From an uncultured archaeon (GTDB lineage Archaea > Asgardarchaeota > Lokiarchaeia > Sigyniarchaeales > SOKP01), in the NCBI GenBank assembly GCA_964508365.1, contig CAZDTP010000004.1, positions 33,681 to 97,680 on the forward strand: 64,000 nt of DNA, given 5' to 3'. Shown here in pieces: positions 9,997 to 18,300 of the stretch; positions within the stretch are counted from its first letter, which is position 1; each line of letters begins with the position of its first letter. Made by a program: the position numbers and the translations under genes. Under the pieces are notes generated by a model. It was given only the letters and a program-made list of their open reading frames with translations. It ran no database searches and was not told where the DNA came from.

Positions 9997-11004
9997 ATGA
10001 AGGCAGCTATATTTGACGGGCGAGAGATTCAGATCAAGGAGATTCCTAAACCCGTCCTTAAAGATACTCAAGTTTTAATTCAAGTTAAAGCAGCAGGAAT
10101 TTGTGGAACAGATTTGGCCATAGCGAACGGTCATCTCCCTGTACCAATACCTCTAGTCTTAGGACACGAATTTTCGGGCATAGTTGTAGATATTGGTAAA
10201 AAAGTGAATCCCGACTGGTTGAAAAAACGAGTTACTTCTGAAATAAATAGCAATATTGATTTTAGTTGTTTTTTCTGTCAAAGGGATATTACATCCCAGT
10301 GCGAATCTCGGAAAGCATTGGGAATCGATATTAATGGAGCTTTTGCTGAGTTTATAGCTGTTGACTCTTATCTACTACACGAATTACCCGATAATATATC
10401 GTATAAAGAAGCTACATTTATCGAACCACTAGCGGCAGCATATCAAACTTTCGAAACAATGCCTTTAGGAAGCGATGATAAAACAATTGCAATTTTCGGA
10501 CTCGGAAAATTAGGATTATTACTCTGTCAAGTTGCTGTAATTAAAGGATTAGAGGTAATAGGAATGGATCACTCAGATAGAAAGCTTAATTTAGCTAAGA
10601 ATTTTGGGGTAAAGCATTTAATTAATAATAATGAAAATGAGAGTGTAGAAGGTAGGATAAAAAAAATAACAGGAAATCTTGGTGCCGATATCGTTGTTGA
10701 CACCACCGGTAATCCAAATGCTCTTAAAGAAATTGTTTCTTCCTGTAGAAGTAGAGGTAAAATCCATATTAAAAGTACTCATGGTTTAAAAACTCCAATT
10801 AATCTCACTGATATTGTAGTAAGAGAAATTACCATATATAGTAGTAGGTGTGGACCATTTCATAAAGCTATTGATGGACTAAGTTCGGGATTAATAAATG
10901 TTAAAGATCTAATTTCGAAAGAATTTAAATTAGAAAATATAGCTGATGCTTTTAATTCTTATAAAAAGAGTAGAGATCACATCAAGACCATCATTTTAAT
11001 TTAG
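9997..11004 (+). CDS. Zn-dependent medium-chain alcohol dehydrogenase (threonine-dehydrogenase-like)
   Basis: GICGTD, GHEFSG, CFFC...C structural Zn site, and GLGKLG nucleotide-binding motif. Confidence 0.9.
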   Translation: MKAAIFDGREIQIKEIPKPVLKDTQVLIQVKAAGICGTDLAIANGHLPVPIPLVLGHEFSGIVVDIGKKVNPDWLKKRVTSEINSNIDFSCFFCQRDITSQCESRKALGIDINGAFAEFIAVDSYLLHELPDNISYKEATFIEPLAAAYQTFETMPLGSDDKTIAIFGLGKLGLLLCQVAVIKGLEVIGMDHSDRKLNLAKNFGVKHLINNNENESVEGRIKKITGNLGADIVVDTTGNPNALKEIVSSCRSRGKIHIKSTHGLKTPINLTDIVVREITIYSSRCGPFHKAIDGLSSGLINVKDLISKEFKLENIADAFNSYKKSRDHIKTIILI

Positions 11005-11389
11005 CGAATAAAATTTGGCTTTCTAAAAAGTTTTTAATCTCCTCACATGTTTTTAGAGCGATCTCTTTATCTGGATATAATAATTTGGGTTTCGGACATT
11101 CTTCATCAAATATACATTGTTTTTTGTCCGAATCATAAATTAGTGGGTAAAAACGGCACCCTTGTGGTCTCACTTCGTAAATTGTACACAATTTAGCAGC
11201 ACTATCAAAGAACACACAGTAACCTTTAACATTTTTCAATAGATTAAATCCTTCCACGGTTTTTCGTACAAAATTGGCTATTTTTAAATGTTTAGGGTTA
11301 TTATTTTTAATAAGATCAATATCATTAGTAGATAAGAGCATCTCTGTTTCAATACAGCATTTTCCACAATCCTTACAGATATTTTTCAT
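10991..11389 (-). CDS. YkgJ-family cysteine-cluster (Zn/Fe-chelating) protein
   Basis: CKDCGKCC...CVFFD...CTIYEVRPQGCRFYP. Confidence 0.88.
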   Translation of the reverse strand: MKNICKDCGKCCIETEMLLSTNDIDLIKNNNPKHLKIANFVRKTVEGFNLLKNVKGYCVFFDSAAKLCTIYEVRPQGCRFYPLIYDSDKKQCIFDEECPKPKLLYPDKEIALKTCEEIKNFLESQILFAKLK

Positions 11390-11552
11390 AATTGTATAAA
11401 GCTCTTTATTGTTTTTATAAAAAGTAACAATTATTCGATACGATTTTCCATTAGAATCAAATTGAGAAAGTAAAAAAATAATTATTTTAAATTATAAATG
11501 TAATCTTTGTTCTTAATTATATTTCAATCGTCAAAAAAGTAACTATAAACAA

Positions 11553-11699
11553 ATGACTGAAGAACTCAAACCAGCTAAATCCAAGAAAGCTGAAGACTCT
11601 GAGGAAAAAGTTATTAAAGAACAAATGAAAGTGCAATATAGAACTTATATCTTTATTTTGCTATTATCTATTATGCTCTTGGATTGTCGTCCTTCTTGA
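11553..11699 (+). pseudogene. Truncated 5' relic of a fifth LbH acyltransferase paralog (48 codons)
   Basis: MTEELKPAKSKKAEDSEEKVIKEQMKVQYRTYIFILLLSIMLLDCRPS* resembles the N-termini of paralog A (KEEVTKEKIKLQFHWYLSILFII) and paralog B (REIVQFQYQKYI). Confidence 0.6.
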
Positions 11700-11706
11700 A
11701 TTAAAA

Positions 11707-12414
11707 TTATTTGAGTATAAAATATAATCTCCTATTATCTTTTCCTTTATTGACCGTTTTGGTCATCTCAATTTCTCCAATTTCTTTAAGACTCTTAACG
11801 TGGGTTCCACCGTCAACTTGTTTATCGATTTCTCCAATTTTTACTATGCGGAATTCTTGTAAATTTTTAGGTAAGCCAATTGCTAATCTTGCTAGCTCGG
11901 GTTCTTCTAAGACAGCTGCTCTAGACATCGTCTCAATAGTGATTGGAAGGTCTTGTTTAATTATTTCGTTTGATTCCTTGACATAGGTCCGCAACTTTTC
12001 TGGTGAATAATCCTCCATAGAAAAATCCATTCTTGCTTTATCCAATTCAATCTGGTTACCCGTGATTTTAGCGTTCGCTCTCCGGAATAGTAGATTTGAA
12101 ACGAGATGACAAGCAGTATGGTATCGCATATATGTATATCGCCTCTCCCAATCGATTTCGCACATAACTGCATCTCCTTCTTTTAGTCCGGGTATTTCTA
12201 CTTCGTGACTGATTTCTCCAGAAAATTTACCAACATAAACTACCTTGAATTTCTCACCATTTTTGATTATATAACCTTCGTCCCATGGTTGACCGCCTCC
12301 TTTAGGATAAAACGCAGTTTGATCTAGAGTAATATATTTACCATCCTTTACACCGACTACTTTAGCGTCCCATTTCTTCAAATATGAGTCGTTCATATAT
12401 AATGCATTCGTCAT
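11707..12414 (-). CDS. alaX: Alanyl-tRNA editing protein AlaX (AlaX-M type)
   Basis: LDQTAFYPKGGGQPWD, HTACH (HxxxH) and DGGTHV; about 235 aa. Confidence 0.92.
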   Translation of the reverse strand: MTNALYMNDSYLKKWDAKVVGVKDGKYITLDQTAFYPKGGGQPWDEGYIIKNGEKFKVVYVGKFSGEISHEVEIPGLKEGDAVMCEIDWERRYTYMRYHTACHLVSNLLFRRANAKITGNQIELDKARMDFSMEDYSPEKLRTYVKESNEIIKQDLPITIETMSRAAVLEEPELARLAIGLPKNLQEFRIVKIGEIDKQVDGGTHVKSLKEIGEIEMTKTVNKGKDNRRLYFILK

Positions 12415-12480
12415 AGAAATAAGAAACGAATTGTTTTTTAAATTTTTAATGTAAATATTGTAATAATATAAGTGTATAAA

Positions 12481-13344
12481 TTAACTCCTAATTAACTTAA
12501 TTGATGTCAATATTATCCAAAGCATTATATTAATGGTTAATACCCATTCTATAAAGGGGTTGAATGAAGTTATAGTTAATAATAAGAGATCTAGGGCAGT
12601 AGCAAAACCTATTAATATATAATAAATTTTAAACTCTTTACTACGCATCATGAGATAAGTATAAAGACAAATTGTTGCGACAGAGCCTATAAACGCGTTA
12701 AAAGCAACTATGCTGTGAAAAATCATAAAAGTATCAAGGTAATCTGGATCGGGTAGAATACCTACTAATGCTACGCTTACTGAGCTAATAATTGCTACAC
12801 CCGTAGCAATCCTTCTTACAAATTCATTGATTCCTAACAGGGTTTTTTCCAAATATAAAATGAATGGAATTGTAAGACTACCGCTTGTTACAAATCCGAT
12901 GCTGAATAACGTTTTAGCTACGCCTTTACCTAAGGAGCTAACTGTGTTAATAAAAGGATTATAACCGGGAGTAAGAAGTGCTGCTAAAATTATGAAAGTA
13001 ATCGCAAAAGAAACTCCCGCTAACCCGAAAAAGCATTCTAACTTAGATAAATGAGCATCAACGATATGTTTCAATCTTTCACTTGATAACGATTCACTCA
13101 TGAGGTCTCTTATAATTGCGGTTTGCTTAGGATTAATCTTTAGCTTATTCGCAATACCCTTTACTCCTGAAACAGCTCTAGCAACAGTTTCTGCTCGAGT
13201 TTTGTGCCATAATGAAATAATTGATCCTTCTAAGATGACGATACCCCCCATAACCGTCGTTTTGATATTTGACAAGCCTAAAAATTTATCTTTGATAAAT
13301 TTCGATAATACTTTTTTCTTTATCTCTTCATCAGAATTTTGCAT
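12481..13344 (-). CDS. BON domain fused to DUF998-like membrane domain
   Basis: N-terminus SDEEIKKKV...GIVILEGSI...AETVARAVSGVKGIANKLKI matches the BON pattern. C-terminus YNPFINTVSSLG plus about five TM helices matches DUF998. Confidence 0.72.
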   Translation of the reverse strand: MQNSDEEIKKKVLSKFIKDKFLGLSNIKTTVMGGIVILEGSIISLWHKTRAETVARAVSGVKGIANKLKINPKQTAIIRDLMSESLSSERLKHIVDAHLSKLECFFGLAGVSFAITFIILAALLTPGYNPFINTVSSLGKGVAKTLFSIGFVTSGSLTIPFILYLEKTLLGINEFVRRIATGVAIISSVSVALVGILPDPDYLDTFMIFHSIVAFNAFIGSVATICLYTYLMMRSKEFKIYYILIGFATALDLLLLTITSFNPFIEWVLTINIMLWIILTSIKLIRS

Positions 13345-13544
13345 TGTAAGTTTCTCTTCTAAATTGAACCATCTAAGATTTGACCTATGCTTTTTTTCTT
13401 AAATAGTTATTGGCGAAATGTATTAATATGTGACAAAATAACAATGGATTTTGAATTTGGAGGAAAATTAAAAGATTATTAAATAGACATTAACTTTGTA
13501 CAATAGAGAATATAGTTCCAATATCAAAATTTAATTTTTCTAAT

Positions 13545-13697
13545 TTAGTCTTTCTCATAAAGTTCTCCGGGTGTTGCACCACAAAAAGCTTCAGCCTTCA
13601 TGAATTTCATTTCTTTGGAGCAATTAGGGCAAAAATACTTACCAGGTTCCTTATTTTCGAAAGAATTTCCACATTCTTTACAAACTACTGCTTTCAT
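13545..13697 (-). CDS. Small zinc-ribbon protein (50 aa), below the ORF-track cutoff
   Basis: MKAVVCKECGNSFENKEPGKYFCPNCSKEMKFMKAEAFCGATPGELYEKD*; CxxC...CxxC with a clean ATG and TAA. Confidence 0.65.
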   Translation of the reverse strand: MKAVVCKECGNSFENKEPGKYFCPNCSKEMKFMKAEAFCGATPGELYEKD

Positions 13698-13943
13698 ATT
13701 ATTCAAATTAGGATTGAAATTTTAAAATGTTCTGATTATGAAATAGAGATTAGATGTTTGTTTTTTAATTGAATGATAAGGTCTTTTCGCGTTGATTCAA
13801 ATATTATAGAAGTATATGATGAAAAAATAGAAATTTTATACCCTTAAACCTTTGGCTAAGGTTGTCAACAAACATCTAAATTTTTTTATGATTGTCTCAT
13901 TCCTAAAAGGGTAAATCACTTTGTTTTGAATTTGTACTCCTTA

Positions 13944-14063
13944 TCATTTAAATCGTAAAGTAAAAAATCGTGTGAATTTTTCACATACAGGACAATAATA
14001 GTAGCCTTCTTTCGAACCACTAGCTTTTGATCTACAATTAAGACAAACTATCATTTTAATCAT
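13944..14063 (-). CDS. Possible second small zinc-ribbon ORF or relic (39 aa)
   Basis: MIKMIVCLNCRSKASGSKEGYYYCPVCEKFTRFFTLRFK*; same CxxC-x13-CxxC spacing as the ORF at 13545. Confidence 0.4.
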   Translation of the reverse strand: MIKMIVCLNCRSKASGSKEGYYYCPVCEKFTRFFTLRFK

Positions 14064-14235
14064 TTATTAAAGCACTCGATTCGTTTTAAAGCTTAAATTT
14101 ATAAAATATAGGTGGATAATAGGCTTTATTAATATTTAAAAAAGCAAGGAATTTAAGGTAAAACTATATATTTTAAATAATTTATAATAAATCTCAGATA
14201 TATCATATTATTTTAATACAGAATTATAATAACAA

Positions 14236-15279
14236 GTGTTATATATGGAAGCTGTGGAATACAAGGGCGAAAAATACGAAGTTAAAGAGGGATTTTTAGA
14301 CCTTGGTCTTCTTGAAATTGAAGATATATCTGATATCAAAGGATTAAATAAATTTGATATTAAACATTTAGAGCTGAATTCTAACGAAATTATCGAGATA
14401 AAAGGTTTAGAACAGCTTCAAAATTTAGAAATTCTTAATTGTGGAAGTAATAACTTATCCAAGATATCTGGGTTGGAAAATTTAAAAAATTTAAAAATTT
14501 TGCATTTAGCTTCTAACCAGATTACCGAAATTAACGGGCTTAATCAGTTATCTAATTTAAAAGAACTGTATCTAAGAGCTAATCCATTAACTCGCTTAAA
14601 AGGTTTAGATTCTCTAAGTTCGCTTCAGAAATTAGATTTATCCTGGAATATGATTGAAACGATTGAAGGACTCAATAATTTGGAGAATTTAGAAGTTTTG
14701 TGGTTAGCAGGAAATCAGCTCACAAAAATCCAAGGATTGGAAAAGTTGAAAAAATTAAAAGTTTTAAATTTAGCAGGAAACCAAATTTCTGAGATACAAG
14801 GACTTGATCAATTAAAAAATTTAAGTGAAATATATCTTAATGATAATAAAATACAAGAAATCAAAGGTTTAGATAATCTTACTGAATTAGACACGCTGTG
14901 GATAACAGCAAACCAAATTGAGAAGATCAACAACCTTGATAAATGTAAAAACCTACAAGTTCTTAACTTGAAAGATAACAATATATCTGAAATTAGTGGT
15001 TTATATTCGTTAACTAAATTAAATAAACTATTTTTATCTAGCAATATCATTTCTACTATTAAAGGTTTAGAAACCCTCCAAAATTTAGAGACTTTAGATT
15101 TAGGGAATAATCATATTAAGGTTATAAGAGGTTTAGAATCTTTAATGGTTTTGAAGGATTTATGGCTTCAGGAAAATAAGATTGACGAAGAATTGTTAGT
15201 GCAATTAGGTGGCTTGGATTCAGGCGGTTGTGCCATAGAACCGTTAAAATTTGTAGAATATTGCCTTGTTAACTTATAA
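14236..15279 (+). CDS. SDS22-type leucine-rich repeat protein (about 13 x 22-aa repeats)
   Basis: Repeats LxxLxLxxNxIxxIxGLxxLxx and ends in FVEYC. True start is probably ATG 14245. Confidence 0.92.
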   Translation: MLYMEAVEYKGEKYEVKEGFLDLGLLEIEDISDIKGLNKFDIKHLELNSNEIIEIKGLEQLQNLEILNCGSNNLSKISGLENLKNLKILHLASNQITEINGLNQLSNLKELYLRANPLTRLKGLDSLSSLQKLDLSWNMIETIEGLNNLENLEVLWLAGNQLTKIQGLEKLKKLKVLNLAGNQISEIQGLDQLKNLSEIYLNDNKIQEIKGLDNLTELDTLWITANQIEKINNLDKCKNLQVLNLKDNNISEISGLYSLTKLNKLFLSSNIISTIKGLETLQNLETLDLGNNHIKVIRGLESLMVLKDLWLQENKIDEELLVQLGGLDSGGCAIEPLKFVEYCLVNL

Positions 15280-15307
15280 CCGAACTAATTTTAAAAAGAA
15301 TTCACCA

Positions 15308-16078
15308 TTATTCCAATATCCGATGAATATTATCTTTTATAATCTGATAACTTGTTGATTTATCGGGAATATCTATTATCGGTTTACCTTCCAAATCAAA
15401 TTCTGTTAAGATTTCATCCTCGGGAATCGAAGTTATCACAGTTAGATTGTACTCTTTAAGCTTATCTGTAATTTTAGCAATGTCTCCTTTAACTCTATTG
15501 ATAATTACGCCGATTTTTCTATAATTTGTAAATTTTTTGGCACTTTGACTTATTGAATTTGCCGTTTCTACGCTCCTAAGAGAAATATCTGTTACAATTA
15601 TTACATAATCAACGGATTTTATAACCATCCTATTAATTTGCTCGAGACCTGCTTCACAATCGATCAGCACGATCTCAAAATCTCTAGAAATTGATTCTAT
15701 GACTTTACGAAGCAATGCATTCGAAGGACAAAAGCAACCTGGACCTTCAGGTTGACCAATTGAAAACAAACTAAACGATTTACTTTCTTTTAGGGCATTA
15801 TAAACTTTAAAATCTATCTCCTCAGCTAAGGATTGGAAATCCTCTTTTTTACTAATTGTCTTATCGATCAAATTAGCTCTTATTTTCTCGAGGCTTATCT
15901 CAGGGACTAGTTTAACCATTTTACTCAGATGGGGATGGGTTGGATCTGCGTCTATTAGTAATATTTTATAATTATAGGATGTGGATATAGCTTTAGCAAT
16001 AAGTGTTGTCACAATTGTTTTCCCTACTCCTCCTTTTCCCGTAATAGCTACAATCAGTGGAATTTTTTTTAACTCCAT
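15308..16078 (-). CDS. cooC: CooC/AcsF-like nickel-insertion ATPase (MinD/ParA family)
   Basis: GKGGVGKT, DADP, GCFCP (CxC) and DCEAGLE. Confidence 0.85.
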   Translation of the reverse strand: MELKKIPLIVAITGKGGVGKTIVTTLIAKAISTSYNYKILLIDADPTHPHLSKMVKLVPEISLEKIRANLIDKTISKKEDFQSLAEEIDFKVYNALKESKSFSLFSIGQPEGPGCFCPSNALLRKVIESISRDFEIVLIDCEAGLEQINRMVIKSVDYVIIVTDISLRSVETANSISQSAKKFTNYRKIGVIINRVKGDIAKITDKLKEYNLTVITSIPEDEILTEFDLEGKPIIDIPDKSTSYQIIKDNIHRILE

Positions 16079-16103
16079 TCTTTGAATCCTTCCATTCGTA
16101 ATT

Positions 16104-16871
16104 TTAATTTTTTATCTCTTCTCGAGAAACTAATACTTGTTTGACATCATAACATTCTTCTTGATACGGACATACTTCACAACCCCAATCGTAATCACAA
16201 TCAATTCTCTTTCTCCACTCTTCAATTTTTTTTTTCCACTTCTCCCTAACTTCAGCTAAAATTTCTGAAGAGAGCACGATAAATTGATCAATAGAACTTG
16301 GATAAGAATTAATAAAAATAACTTCAACCGATTTTACTAGATCAGGGAACTTTTGTTTATACAACTGGACAATTGCGTTTCCCAATATCTCGAACGAAAA
16401 TCCTTTTTGGAGAGCGGAACTACTGATTCGACACCAAAATCTACGAGGAATGGTACGAATTGAGAAACCCTCTATTCCATTTGATATAAAATTTAATTGT
16501 CTTAACTCATCTTCATTTTCAGTAGTATTTTTATTTATCCCGATTAATAAAATAATCCCAAAATCAATTTTTGGCTCTTCAATTCTATTTACTTCTATTC
16601 CTAGCAACGAGATTCTTCCGTGATTGATTAATTTAATTTGTTCAATTGGAATTACAACTGAGAACGATTTTTTATTCATCCCACCAAGTTCTAAGCCTGT
16701 TTCCTCTTCAAGTATTATTTCTTTAAATCCATTCAATCCAATCTTAATTTTATTATCGACATGTGAATTGATCTGGTTATTAGTTGATTCATATGTAAAT
16801 AGGATTTTTCCAGTATCTTGTTCCTTCTCTAAGAACTCTCTTATCTTTTCAATCGCAGTTTTGGGTTCCAT
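16104..16871 (-). CDS. Stand-alone acetyl-CoA-synthase (CdhC/AcsB) middle-domain-like protein with C-terminal 4-Cys motif
   Basis: EETGLELGG...WCRISSSALQKGFSFEILGNAIVQLYKQKFPDLVKSVEV resembles ACS domain 2. Ends in CDYDWGCEVCPYQEEC. Confidence 0.65.
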   Translation of the reverse strand: MEPKTAIEKIREFLEKEQDTGKILFTYESTNNQINSHVDNKIKIGLNGFKEIILEEETGLELGGMNKKSFSVVIPIEQIKLINHGRISLLGIEVNRIEEPKIDFGIILLIGINKNTTENEDELRQLNFISNGIEGFSIRTIPRRFWCRISSSALQKGFSFEILGNAIVQLYKQKFPDLVKSVEVIFINSYPSSIDQFIVLSSEILAEVREKWKKKIEEWRKRIDCDYDWGCEVCPYQEECYDVKQVLVSREEIKN

Positions 16872-17050
16872 TAAAACAATACCAATCTAAATTAATCCAG
16901 TATTAAATTATAATGAAGGGGTATTAAACTTTATTTAGGTTTTAATGGTTTTTAAAGAGTTTTATTCTCAATATTGAATTCATAAATTTAATTTCTGAAT
17001 TCTTATTTAATGAATTATTTAATAATAATAATAATAAAAAAGGATAAATT

Positions 17051-17764
17051 ATGACGATTCAACCTAGTAATAGTAGTGAAAAGGATCCAACCTGTCATCT
17101 CTGTAATAGCTATAAATATTGTGTTTCTGGGAGACCAAATAAGAATTTAGAGAATTGTCCGATGAAGACCTCTCCAGAGATCGAGAAACAAGCTCGTGAA
17201 CTATATGAAAAAGATGATTTAATAAAGAAATCGGTACGTATAGCGTCTATTGTTGAGGCTACAGGATACATAAAATGGCCAAGATTGAGAGATACAATTG
17301 AATACGCGAAAGGAATGGAGTATAATAAATTAGGAATAGCATTTTGTGTAGGGTTGCTCAGTGAAGCAGAACAAATTGCCAAAATCTTAACAGATTACGG
17401 GTTTACGGTAGCTTCGGTCTGTTGTAAAACAGGAAGCGTCAAAAAAACGGATATAGGAGTCCCTAAAGAATACACAACGGTTTCTAAAACTGGGTATCCA
17501 ATTGGAACAATTACTTGTAATCCTGTAGCTCAAGCTCTTTTGCTAAATAAAGCTGAAACTGATTTAAATCTCATTGTAGGATTATGCGTAGGACACGATA
17601 CAACATTCACTAAGTTATCGAAAGCACCAGTTACTACCTTAATCGCAAAGGACAGATCTTCACCTCACAACCCCGCTGCGTGCTTGCTCAATCACTATGG
17701 TAAAACTTTCTTTTCAATGGATCTTAGTGAGATGAAACGAAAAGAATTTGAAAAAAAGAAGTAA
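17051..17764 (+). CDS. DUF1847 metal-binding protein
   Basis: GIAFCVGL, SVCCKTG, CNPVAQA...GLCVGHD...HNP. Confidence 0.88.
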   Translation: MTIQPSNSSEKDPTCHLCNSYKYCVSGRPNKNLENCPMKTSPEIEKQARELYEKDDLIKKSVRIASIVEATGYIKWPRLRDTIEYAKGMEYNKLGIAFCVGLLSEAEQIAKILTDYGFTVASVCCKTGSVKKTDIGVPKEYTTVSKTGYPIGTITCNPVAQALLLNKAETDLNLIVGLCVGHDTTFTKLSKAPVTTLIAKDRSSPHNPAACLLNHYGKTFFSMDLSEMKRKEFEKKK

Positions 17765-17859
17765 AATAGATAAATTTGCTCTTAAGATTCTTCTAACGAA
17801 TAGTTATTAAAATTTGGAAATTTAACATATATAGAAAAAATAAATTTTAGGTTATATAA

Positions 17860-18282
17860 ATGATTTCAATTCAAAAAGGGGAGGATTTGCTCTCAATTTC
17901 CTTAAGTACCATTTTAAGCTACAGGAAGGACGAGCCTGAATTTGAAAAACTTGTTTTAGATTGGAACAAGAAGATTTTAATTGAGATTGTAGATTTTTAT
18001 CCAATTGAAACTATATTTGATCACGATGAAATTAGATTCAAAGTAAGTGATATTGATAATAAAGTAGATCTGAAAGTTAGTATGAACATCTATACTCTTT
18101 TAGATCTAGCTTATGGAAGGGTAGGCCCTATAAAAGCCGTCTTTCAACGTAAAATAAGAATAAAAGGGTTATTCAAATTTGGAATTCTTTTGAAATTTAT
18201 AAAAATTTTTCTGAAAAGTATGCAAATGGTCGCTTCAGAACCTAACAATAATTATTACGAATTAAATAAACAAACTAGGTAA
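17860..18282 (+). CDS. SCP2 sterol/lipid-binding domain protein
   Basis: DLKVSMNIYTLLDLAYGRVGPIKAVFQRKIRIKG matches the SCP2 C-terminal pattern. Confidence 0.75.
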   Translation: MISIQKGEDLLSISLSTILSYRKDEPEFEKLVLDWNKKILIEIVDFYPIETIFDHDEIRFKVSDIDNKVDLKVSMNIYTLLDLAYGRVGPIKAVFQRKIRIKGLFKFGILLKFIKIFLKSMQMVASEPNNNYYELNKQTR

Positions 18283-18300
18283 GATGGTGGAAGAAAACAT

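Noticed and set aside
15415-15435. T-arm-like TTCGATTCCCG on the minus strand
   Set aside because: Lies in frame within cooC (TSIP) with no cloverleaf around it.
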